Shown: positions 25,456 to 33,671 of the stretch, one piece after another
How the letters are laid out: each line of letters opens with the position of its first letter
Position numbering within the stretch: position 1 is the stretch's first letter
Assembly: GCA_965231905.1 (NCBI GenBank)
Contig: CBDDOO010000002.1
Span: forward strand, 714,192-778,191
Source of the DNA: Arenicellales bacterium
GTDB taxonomy: Bacteria; Pseudomonadota; Gammaproteobacteria; Arenicellales; Poriferihabitantaceae
Length of the DNA stretch: 64,000 nucleotides
Direction of reading: 5' to 3'
Translations under genes and position numbers: made by a program
Notes under the pieces: model-generated
Database searches by the model: none
The model's input: the letters and a program-made list of their open reading frames with translations, nothing else
What the model was told of the DNA's origin: nothing

Positions 25456-25482
25456 GGCAGCTTCCGAAGGTGGAGCGTGTAA

Positions 25483-26022
25483 TTAATAATCAAGGGTTTC
25501 AATCGTTAAGTGGTCATTGGTATAGATACAGATCCGTCCTGCAATCCCGAGGCTTTTCCCAACGATCTCCCGGGCAGACAAATCCGAGTTTTCGATCAGG
25601 GCGAGCGCCGCCGACTTGGCGAAATCACCGCCGGATCCGATCGCCATTACACCCTGCTCAGGTTCGATGACATCTCCGTTTCCGGAAATGACGAGCGATG
25701 CTTCACTGTCCGCTACTGCCAGCAAGGCTTCCAGTCTTCGCAACATACGGTCTGTACGCCAGTCTTTGGCCAGCTCTACCGCAGAACGAACCAGTTGACC
25801 CTGGTGCTTTTCCAGCTTTTCTTCGAATCGTTCGAACAGGGTAAATGCATCCGCGGTTCCACCCGCGAATCCCGCCAGCACCTGCTTGTTGTACAGGCGA
25901 CGTACCTTGCGAGCATTGCTTTTCATCATTGTGTTGCCGATCGAAACCTGACCGTCGCCGCCGATCACGACCTGGTTGCCGGTTCGCACAGACAGAATGG
26001 TTGTACCTCTGAACTGCTTCAT
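25483..26022 (-). CDS. hslV: ATP-dependent protease subunit HslV
   Basis: TTILSVR N-terminal Thr nucleophile context; 179 aa. Confidence 0.95.
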   Translation of the reverse strand: MKQFRGTTILSVRTGNQVVIGGDGQVSIGNTMMKSNARKVRRLYNKQVLAGFAGGTADAFTLFERFEEKLEKHQGQLVRSAVELAKDWRTDRMLRRLEALLAVADSEASLVISGNGDVIEPEQGVMAIGSGGDFAKSAALALIENSDLSAREIVGKSLGIAGRICIYTNDHLTIETLDY

Positions 26023-26070
26023 TTGATCACTCCGGGATGAACGGGCCTCTCCTGACGAGATGCGGATATT

Positions 26071-26553
26071 TTACTTGACCAGTCGCAAATGGGGAGACGG
26101 ATCCGGCGCCCGGCCGGGTTTGCTTCCTGATTCACCACCGTCCGACGGGGGCTTTTTCAAGCTGCGCTTGTCTCTTTGGGGCGGCGTGTCATTCTCCTCG
26201 AACACGATTCCGACTCCATTTTCTCTGGCATAGATCGCCATCACTGCGAATATGGGCACACAAATCTCGAACGGCTTCCCGGAAAAGCGGGCCGAACACA
26301 TCAGAAACTTGTTGCCAAGCTCAAGCGTTTTCACCGATTGCGGATGAATATTCAATACGATTTGGTCTTCCCGGACATACTCCATCGGCACAATAACATC
26401 TTTGAACCCGGTATTTACCCGAACCTGTGGCGTCAACCCGTTGTCAATCGTCCACTCGTAGATCGCGCGAATCAGATAGGGCCTGGTGGAACCGGGCAGA
26501 ACGGACCGGCGATTATCCGAGCCACCGCTTTTACCTTTGTCTGAAGTTCCCAT
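26071..26553 (-). CDS. sspB: Stringent starvation protein B (ClpXP adaptor)
   Basis: RPYLIRAIYEWTIDNGLTPQVRVN signature and a C-terminal LRLVK ClpX-binding tail. Start chosen at the internal ATG 26553, after the sspA stop. Confidence 0.88.
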   Translation of the reverse strand: MGTSDKGKSGGSDNRRSVLPGSTRPYLIRAIYEWTIDNGLTPQVRVNTGFKDVIVPMEYVREDQIVLNIHPQSVKTLELGNKFLMCSARFSGKPFEICVPIFAVMAIYARENGVGIVFEENDTPPQRDKRSLKKPPSDGGESGSKPGRAPDPSPHLRLVK

Positions 26554-26564
26554 CAGGGGTTGAT

Positions 26565-27209
26565 TCAGGCAGCCTGACGCAAGTTTAATTCGTAGTCGCT
26601 GAGGCTTTCCCTGAATGCAGGTCGTTCGAAAAGCGATTCTCCATACTTGATCAGGGGCGTGGCCTGCTTTGGCAGGGTTATGCCCAGAGCGGGAATGCGC
26701 CACAGCAAGGGCGCAAAATAAGCGTCAATCAAAGTGTAGCCTGCACCCAGAAAAAAGGGTTTGTCAGCAAAAATCGGAGACAGGGAAATCAAGCCATCGC
26801 GCAGATCCTTTTTCAGGGCGGGAGAGGGTTCAAGGTCGGATATTTCACCCAGGGCATAAATCGGTTTCAACCAGTCACGCGTCAGGCGCCAGACCATAAG
26901 GCGGGTTTTAGCCCGCATAATGGGGTCAACCGGCATCAGGGGAGGATGGGGAAACCGTTCGTCCAGGTACTCGATGATGACTCCGACGCCGTAGAGCGCG
27001 ACATCGCGATCAACCAGGGTAGGCGTTTCACCATAAGGATTGTGCCTCCCTATTCTGTCGGGGTCATCGTCCGGCGAAATGTACTCGACCGCACAGTCAA
27101 TGTCTTTCTCGATCAGAACGATGCGACAGCAATGGCTGAAAACGTCGAATTGGCTCGACAGCAACGTCATCGCAGGGTGCCGGTCCACATGCAAGCCCGT
27201 AGTGATCAT
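26565..27209 (-). CDS. sspA: Stringent starvation protein A (GST-like)
   Basis: SHCCRIVLIEKDI...TPTLVDRDVALYGVGVIIEYLDERFPHPPLMP matches SspA. Start could be ATG 27170. Confidence 0.9.
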   Translation of the reverse strand: MITTGLHVDRHPAMTLLSSQFDVFSHCCRIVLIEKDIDCAVEYISPDDDPDRIGRHNPYGETPTLVDRDVALYGVGVIIEYLDERFPHPPLMPVDPIMRAKTRLMVWRLTRDWLKPIYALGEISDLEPSPALKKDLRDGLISLSPIFADKPFFLGAGYTLIDAYFAPLLWRIPALGITLPKQATPLIKYGESLFERPAFRESLSDYELNLRQAA

Positions 27210-27234
27210 GAAATCAGCTTAAGCGCGGTACGGT

Positions 27235-27981
27235 CTAGTGGACATCCCGCCAGTATTCCTTTTTCAGCAAAAATGCAACGGTACCCAGCGCCGCCAGAAA
27301 CAGCATAACCCATATACCATAATCAATCCGGACCATGCGGGCCGGTTCCGCCATGTAATACAGGAAATTGGTCAGGTCGCGCATCGCGTGATCGTACTCT
27401 TCAACGCTCATTTTCCCCGGACGAACCAGTTCCAGGTCAATTACTTCGTGTTCAATGCCATGACTGTCAGTCTCGATTGTCCTGCTGGCATACTGTATTC
27501 CCTGCAACTCGTACAGGGCATGGGGCATGGCTGCTTGCGGGAACACCAGATTGTTCCAGCCGCTGGCCGTGGATTCATCCATGTAAAAAGTACGAAGGTA
27601 GGTGTAAAGCCAGTCCGGGTCTCTCAGCTTGCCGATCAGGGACAAATCCGGAGGCGCGACCCCGAACCATTCCTCGCCTTGTTTCGTGGTCATGGTCGTG
27701 GTCATGCTGTCGGTAATTTTGCCGCCTGTGAAAATCATTTGAGACTCAACCAGGTCTTCGGGAATCTCCAGGTCCGCAGCCATCCGGTTATAACGCATAT
27801 ACTTCGCGCTGTGACAGGACATGCAGTAGTTTACAAACAGTTTGGCCCCGTTTTGCAACGAGACCTTATCCCGTAATGATACCTCGACCCTGTCCAGGGC
27901 AGCGCCTTCGATTGCCTGCGTAAATCCGGCAGGCGAACTGATCGCCAAAGTCAGAATCAGAGTCAGAAATCGTTTTTTCAT
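27235..27981 (-). CDS. petC: Cytochrome c1 of the bc1 complex
   Basis: Signal peptide, CMSCHS heme-binding site, C-terminal TM anchor, and petABC order. Confidence 0.9.
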   Translation of the reverse strand: MKKRFLTLILTLAISSPAGFTQAIEGAALDRVEVSLRDKVSLQNGAKLFVNYCMSCHSAKYMRYNRMAADLEIPEDLVESQMIFTGGKITDSMTTTMTTKQGEEWFGVAPPDLSLIGKLRDPDWLYTYLRTFYMDESTASGWNNLVFPQAAMPHALYELQGIQYASRTIETDSHGIEHEVIDLELVRPGKMSVEEYDHAMRDLTNFLYYMAEPARMVRIDYGIWVMLFLAALGTVAFLLKKEYWRDVH

Positions 27982-29399
27982 CAGCTAACCCTCTCCGGAA
28001 CAGGTTTGACTTTTTCCGGGCTTATGAAAGCGGGCCGGATGCCCAGTATGAAAAGTATCGCAATGGACAGAATCGTATAAACCAGTTTCAGACCCGTACC
28101 CGGGCCTGCGCTCCAGCCAAACCACCAGTAGAAAAACGTCCCGATAAACAGGACTATCGTTATCCAGAGCAGAATTTTCCCGGCTGTCGTCAACTCCTGG
28201 CCGGCAGCGCTGAAACTCGGGTACAGCAGGAAATACGAGAAGTATATCAACGTGAGAAACTGCGCCATTATGGTCAGGTCCGTGGTCGGCGCCTTGGTTC
28301 CCAACCATCCCAGAACCAGGAAGGTCGCCACAAAAAGCGCCAGTGAAAACCGGGTTGTCAGGCCTTTGTATCGTATGGATTTGACCGGGCTTTTGTCCAG
28401 CCATGGCAGGAAGAAAAATACGGCGACGGAAGCGAACATCACCAGTACCCCCCAGACCTGGGTGCCGGCAAAACTGGGCACTGCCCGCAGGATCGCGTAG
28501 TAAGGCGTGAAATACCACACGGGTGCGATATGTTCAGGGGTTTTCAGTGGGTTGGCCGGCTCATAATTGGGTTGCTCCAGGAAATACCCTCCCATTTCCG
28601 GCATGAAAAACACAACGGCGAAGAAAAATGCCATAAACACAACCGTTCCAAAAATATCCTTGACTGTGTAATACGGGTGAAAGGGGATGCTGTCGGTGGG
28701 CGCGTCTTTACTCCATTTGTTGCCTTTCGGGCCTTTCTTGATCTCGATACCGTCGGGGTTGTTTGATCCGACTTTATGCAGGGCAACGATATGCAGGAAC
28801 ACCAACCCGACCAGAATGAACGGAACCAGATAATGAAGCGCATAAAAACGATTCAGGGTGATATCTGAAATCACATAATCGCCCCGAATCCATTCCGATA
28901 ACGTGGGTCCGATTACAGGCAGGGTCTCGAACAGATTCACGATAACCTGGGCGCCCCAGAAAGACATCTGGCCCCAGGGCAGCAGATAACCAAAAAAGGC
29001 GGTAGCCATCATGGCAAGGTAAATGGCCATGCCAAAAATCCAGATCAACTCCCGGGGATTTCGATAAGAGCCGTACAGTAGTCCGCGAAACATGTGCAGG
29101 TAGATTACGATGAAGAACATCGATGAACCCGTGGAGTGCATGTAGCGCACGAACCAGCCACCCCAAACGTCGCGCATGATGTATTCGACGGAATCAAAGG
29201 CGAGTCCGGCATCCGGCTTGTAGTTCATCGCCAGCAACACTCCGGTCACGATTTGCAGGACCAGCGCCATCAACGCCAGACTGCCGAAGAAATACCAGAA
29301 ATTGAAGTTCTTTGGCGCGAAGTATTCGGTCAGGTGCTCTTTCGCCATCTTGCTGGCCGGGAATCGATCATCCAGCCAGTTCATCAGGAATCGCATCAT
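27981..29399 (-). CDS. petB: Cytochrome b of the bc1 complex
   Basis: NFNFWYFFGSLAL, MHSTGSSMFF and PEWYF-like (APVWYFTPYY) motifs. At 472 aa it has extra C-terminal hydrophobic segments. Confidence 0.92.
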   Translation of the reverse strand: MMRFLMNWLDDRFPASKMAKEHLTEYFAPKNFNFWYFFGSLALMALVLQIVTGVLLAMNYKPDAGLAFDSVEYIMRDVWGGWFVRYMHSTGSSMFFIVIYLHMFRGLLYGSYRNPRELIWIFGMAIYLAMMATAFFGYLLPWGQMSFWGAQVIVNLFETLPVIGPTLSEWIRGDYVISDITLNRFYALHYLVPFILVGLVFLHIVALHKVGSNNPDGIEIKKGPKGNKWSKDAPTDSIPFHPYYTVKDIFGTVVFMAFFFAVVFFMPEMGGYFLEQPNYEPANPLKTPEHIAPVWYFTPYYAILRAVPSFAGTQVWGVLVMFASVAVFFFLPWLDKSPVKSIRYKGLTTRFSLALFVATFLVLGWLGTKAPTTDLTIMAQFLTLIYFSYFLLYPSFSAAGQELTTAGKILLWITIVLFIGTFFYWWFGWSAGPGTGLKLVYTILSIAILFILGIRPAFISPEKVKPVPERVS

Positions 29400-29989
29400 G
29401 CCACCTCCCCGTCTTCACCGATCAACAGTACGTCATCGGAGAGATACTGGTAAGGAGGGACCACCAGATTGGTCGGCGCCGGCACGCCGCTGTAAACCCG
29501 GCCCGCGAGGTCGAATTTGGAACCATGGCAGGCGCATAAGAATCCGCCTTTCCAGTCATCATCGAATGAGACCGCGCCGATTTCGGGCTGGTATTTCGGT
29601 GAACATCCCAGATGAGTGCAGATGCCGATCAGAACCAGAATATCGTCCTTGATTGATCGATACGGGTTGCGGGCATATTCGGGTTGTTGATCCTTCCCTG
29701 AATCCGGGTCTGCGAGACGATCATTCATGCTCGGCAACAGGCTCAGAACTTCAGGCGAACGCTTGATTATCCAGACCGGTTTCCCACGCCATTCAACCGT
29801 GATCTGCTGGCCGGATTCAATTTTGCTGATGTCCACCTCTACCGGAGCCCCCGCCGCTTTTGCCTTTTCGCTCGGCAACATACTGCCGGCAAACGGCGCC
29901 GCCAATCCTGCAGCGCCCGCCAGGCCCATACCTGTGGTTGCAATCGTCAACAAGCGTCGCCGCCTGTTATCCACATGGTCGCCAGTCAT
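29396..29989 (-). CDS. petA: Ubiquinol-cytochrome c reductase Rieske iron-sulfur subunit
   Basis: Tat-like RRRRLL N-terminus, CTHLGC box I and CACHGSKFD box II. Start chosen at the internal ATG 29989. Confidence 0.9.
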   Translation of the reverse strand: MTGDHVDNRRRRLLTIATTGMGLAGAAGLAAPFAGSMLPSEKAKAAGAPVEVDISKIESGQQITVEWRGKPVWIIKRSPEVLSLLPSMNDRLADPDSGKDQQPEYARNPYRSIKDDILVLIGICTHLGCSPKYQPEIGAVSFDDDWKGGFLCACHGSKFDLAGRVYSGVPAPTNLVVPPYQYLSDDVLLIGEDGEVA

Positions 29990-30181
29990 GTTTAAACCTC
30001 TGAATCGGAAAAAAATTGTTTGGTCGGCCCTGAACACCCTGTTCAATATCGTGGATTTCTGGTGTGAATCCCGGAATTGATTGGTACCCGGACCTTGAAA
30101 AAGGCCAGATTATACCAGAACCCGCCAATGATTCTAAAGTAGGGGAACTATAATAGATTAGTTTGTAGTTGACAGGAGATG

Positions 30182-30445
30182 TTAGAGAAATGCTTTAACG
30201 CCTGTCAATGTAATTCCTACAGCAACTCCAATACCTCCAAGCACTCCTCCCAATATCCAAACCTTAAGGTTGGCAATGTCATTTTTTGTTGCTGTGGTGG
30301 TTTTGATCCATGAGATGTCTGTTTCCATACGTGCCATTTTTTCCTCAATTTCACTCAGGCGACGGTTAAGGCCGTCTCCTCCACCGTTACCACCACGGCC
30401 TTTAAGTTTTCTATGGTGATCAGCAAGATGAGTAACTTTATCCAC
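30182..30445 (-). CDS. Hypothetical small tail-anchored membrane protein (coiled-coil plus C-terminal TM; XhlA/holin-like appearance)
   Basis: LSEIEEKMARMETDISWIKTTTATKNDIANLKVWILGGVLGGIGVAVGITLTGV. GTG 30445 overlaps the stop of the upstream small ORF by 8 nt. Confidence 0.45.
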   Translation of the reverse strand: MDKVTHLADHHRKLKGRGGNGGGDGLNRRLSEIEEKMARMETDISWIKTTTATKNDIANLKVWILGGVLGGIGVAVGITLTGVKAFL

Positions 30446-30698
30446 TTTGCTTATCCAACCACTCAACAAGTTGCAGAGACGAAAAACCAGAATAATATTC
30501 AATCTGCACAACAATTCCCGGAGAGCCTTCTTTTTTTATTCCGGCCTTGTCAGAAATCTCTCCCGTTAGCAATTTATCATCCTTGATAAAAGCGACTCGA
30601 TCATCATGGATATGGTGTGATGGAGAAGGCCAATATTCTTTGACGTTATCCCATATTGTTGAATTCTCTGTATCAAGAATCAAAACGTAGAGAGACAT
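30438..30698 (-). CDS. Hypothetical 86-aa cytoplasmic protein
   Basis: ORF in the AT-rich island, co-oriented and overlapping the next small gene. No motif recognised. Confidence 0.4.
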   Translation of the reverse strand: MSLYVLILDTENSTIWDNVKEYWPSPSHHIHDDRVAFIKDDKLLTGEISDKAGIKKEGSPGIVVQIEYYSGFSSLQLVEWLDKQSG

Positions 30699-30857
30699 GT
30701 TTATTTGATGAGTAAGGTGTTATCAGGAGAACATTGGTTGATAGGCTATGGTTCTGGTACTACTTTCAGGGATTATACACATACCATTGCACAAAGAAAG
30801 GCCAGGATTGATTTTGGTCTTGTCTACACACCCTCCCATAAGGACGATGCCTCAAAA

Positions 30858-31619
30858 TTACTTCGATGCAAAAATGGTGACAGCGCGATCAGCCTCATCG
30901 TGTAACAGTTGTTTAAGAACGTCGTCTGGTAGTGCATCCAACAGTATAACTCCACCACGTCGGTTCAGAGCGATCATCCAGCTTCGAAAGGCCTCTCGTT
31001 CAAATAATACTTTCTCATTTTCCCAATGTTTTTTCATTACAGTGTAGATACCACGCAGAAGCCGTTTGTTCATTGATACTGATGGTCTCTCGATCAATGC
31101 CGAACGCACATCTTGTCTATATAACAATATGTCCAAAAATTCTTGCGGATTGTCCGGTTCTATTTTATGTGCAATATTGCCAAGCCACCACAATCGTGAC
31201 AGCCCGTTGTCCCGAATGAGCGCCCTGTTTCCTTGAGCAAAGAAATGGTTATCAACTTGACGTACCGCATCCTTTTCGCTATCCGGGCGACGACTCAGCC
31301 ATCGTTTGGAAACGTACTGTGGGTAGTCAAAGTGGCATAAATAAACCCACATCCGTTCAATGGATGCCTGATGCGGTGTCAAGCTTTGCAACGCCCTGTG
31401 GACAACTAGCGCATTAGAAGCATCTGATTCTGATGGTGATTTTTCATTTATAGTCAATTTGTCCGCGAGCTCTGGCGATTTGATCTTTGATTCTCTGAAC
31501 CCATTAATCAAGGTTACCGGGTGTGATTTCCTCGGTGCGTAATACCAGTCAAGATGATCTCGGATAGTGTGCCGAAGCTCCTCAACTGCGCTACTTGTAC
31601 AGTAACGAAGCTTCATCAC
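30858..31619 (-). CDS. Hypothetical 253-aa protein, fourth gene of the Dcm-GHKL operon
   Basis: The start (GTGATG) overlaps the stop of the upstream gene. Conserved-looking blocks RMWVYLCHFDYPQYVSKRWL and NGLSRLWWLGNIAH. No catalytic motif recognised. Confidence 0.6.
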   Translation of the reverse strand: MMKLRYCTSSAVEELRHTIRDHLDWYYAPRKSHPVTLINGFRESKIKSPELADKLTINEKSPSESDASNALVVHRALQSLTPHQASIERMWVYLCHFDYPQYVSKRWLSRRPDSEKDAVRQVDNHFFAQGNRALIRDNGLSRLWWLGNIAHKIEPDNPQEFLDILLYRQDVRSALIERPSVSMNKRLLRGIYTVMKKHWENEKVLFEREAFRSWMIALNRRGGVILLDALPDDVLKQLLHDEADRAVTIFASK

Positions 31620-32305
31620 AACTTATGCCCCCCCGCATCCACAATCAGGGGCATCTTCAGAAAGGGTAGGTTGAGTATCTTTTGGGCATCAACAAGGCGG
31701 TTGGCGCCTTTGGCGCCAAGATGTTGGCATCCTAAAGATTCAAGACGTTGGTCCAAAGAAGAAAACCATCGATAATTGTTGTACTCGCCGGAGTTTTGAT
31801 CAATTTCATTTAATACTGCGATCAGAGCGGGCAGATATAAGCCGTTCATCAGATATTGACCTTCCGGCTGGTCCGCTATCTGCTCGCGCACTTTCTCGTA
31901 CTGTTGGCCATCGTCATCAGACATAATGATCCAAATATAGTTCTCGGCGAGCTCGTATTCCCAGTGGCCGTTTGGAAGTTCCGGGAGTGTTTTATGTCCA
32001 AAGATTGAGCCCAGTGGTGTTTCATCTGCTGTATCAATCCAGTAGTCTTTTGGGACATCCTCGGCAAGCACCGAACCTGAGTCTATATCAAATGTCATTC
32101 CCGCAAAGTCGGAATGCCATCCGTCTGAATAGAACCCGGATAGTGCTTTCATGCAAATGAGAAACGGTGCAAACTCAACCCGTCCAGCCAGTATACCTGC
32201 GTGAAACGAGTGCTCGATATTTGATTGATCAGACTGAAGCAATTTCCGGTAGTGCGTCTTTGGAGATCTAACCAGCAACACAAACTGTGCCTTGTTCTCT
32301 TTTAA

Positions 32306-33501
32306 GGAATCTCTGATTAATCAGTTTCTATTGTATAATTTTTGTACTTCATACTGACTGGAGATATTTCCGATGCGCCAGAGTACTTTTTCCGAAGCTG
32401 GATTTGACAAATACAAGAAACAGACGCGCAAGGAGCGTTTTCTGGATGAGATGGAGCAAATCATTCCGTGGGTGGAGTTGAATGCAGTCATCGAACCTTT
32501 TTATCCCAAACCGCAAGGGGCAGGCCGCAGGCCGATTGGAATAGACCGGATGTTGCGGATTCACTTTCTGCAACACTGGTTCAGTCTTTCGGACCCGGCT
32601 GCCGAGGAAGCGTTGTACGATTCGTTGTCGATGCGCCGGTTTGTGGGCATAGACCTGGGTCGGGAGCCGGCTCCCGACGAGACCACGATCTGCAAGTTTC
32701 GTCATCTGATGGAGAAGCATAACCTGGGGGAACGATTGTTCGGACTGGTCAATGAATATTTGGGTGAGAACGGACTGAAGGTGAATCGGGGTACGATCGT
32801 GGATGCCAGCATCATCTGCGCACCGAGTTCGACCAAGAACCGGGAGAAGAAACGAGACCCCCAGATGCACTCGACGCGCAAGGGGCAGCAATGGTACTTT
32901 GGTATGAAGGCGCATATCGGTGTGGACAGTCGCAGCAAGCTGATTCATTCGGTGGTGGCTACGCCGGCGAATGTTCATGATTCACAGGTTCTGCCGGAAC
33001 TTCTGCACGGGAAAGAGACCCGTGTATGGGGAGACTCGGCCTATACGGGTCAGAAGGCGGTGATTTCACAGGTAGCGCCGGAGGCGAAGGATTTCACTCA
33101 TTCGAAGGGGACGCGCTACCGCAAATTGACGGAGAAGGAGCGCTTGAAGAATCGAACCAAGTCCCGGATACGGTCGAAGGTGGAACATCAGTTCGGTATT
33201 CTCAAGCGGCAGTTCGGTTTTACCCGGGTTCGTTACCGGGGGCTGGAGAAGAACACGCATCGACTGGTTGTGGCCTGTGCCTTAAGCAATCTGGTGATGG
33301 CGAAGAAAGTACTGTTGAGACAAAGGCGGTTGAAACTGCAGGCTACGTACGCCTGAAAAATGAAAAGAGGGGGAGAATGCTTGTATTTCCCCGCTCCCGC
33401 TCACTGATTCCGGGCCATTCTGTCTTTCAGACCCACTCATATCCCGGATTTACAAAAATGACTACCCAAAATCCCCAAAACTCGTATTGTTCAGACTTTC
33501 C
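32306..33501 (+). mobile_element. IS5-family insertion sequence, 1196 bp, flanked by a 4-bp TTAA target duplication
   Basis: IRL is GGAATCTCTGA... at 32306. The reverse complement of the right end is GGAAAGTCTGA... TTAA occurs at 32302-32305 and 33502-33505. The element is visibly GC-richer than the surrounding island. Confidence 0.85.
32373..33356 (+). CDS. IS5-family DDE transposase (InsH-like)
   Basis: QTRKERFLDEMEQIIPW, IEPFYPK, GRRP, MLRIHFLQHWFSLSD, VDASIICAPSSTKN, RDPQMHSTRKGQQWYFGMKAHIGVD and VEHQFGILKRQFGF track E. coli IS5 InsH. Confidence 0.93.
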   Translation: MRQSTFSEAGFDKYKKQTRKERFLDEMEQIIPWVELNAVIEPFYPKPQGAGRRPIGIDRMLRIHFLQHWFSLSDPAAEEALYDSLSMRRFVGIDLGREPAPDETTICKFRHLMEKHNLGERLFGLVNEYLGENGLKVNRGTIVDASIICAPSSTKNREKKRDPQMHSTRKGQQWYFGMKAHIGVDSRSKLIHSVVATPANVHDSQVLPELLHGKETRVWGDSAYTGQKAVISQVAPEAKDFTHSKGTRYRKLTEKERLKNRTKSRIRSKVEHQFGILKRQFGFTRVRYRGLEKNTHRLVVACALSNLVMAKKVLLRQRRLKLQATYA

Positions 33502-33671
33502 TTAAGAGTTGATTTAGTCCTGGCTCACTCAGTTCAAAACAAGCAATCAATTTAACAGCGGTGCTTCGCTTAATGCGCTTGATCTCAATCTCGACTTCAA
33601 ACTCTGCATTTGGATAGTCATCACCATAGCTTGATGGTCGTAAAACCGGATGTGGCCAAGCCTTGCCAGAA

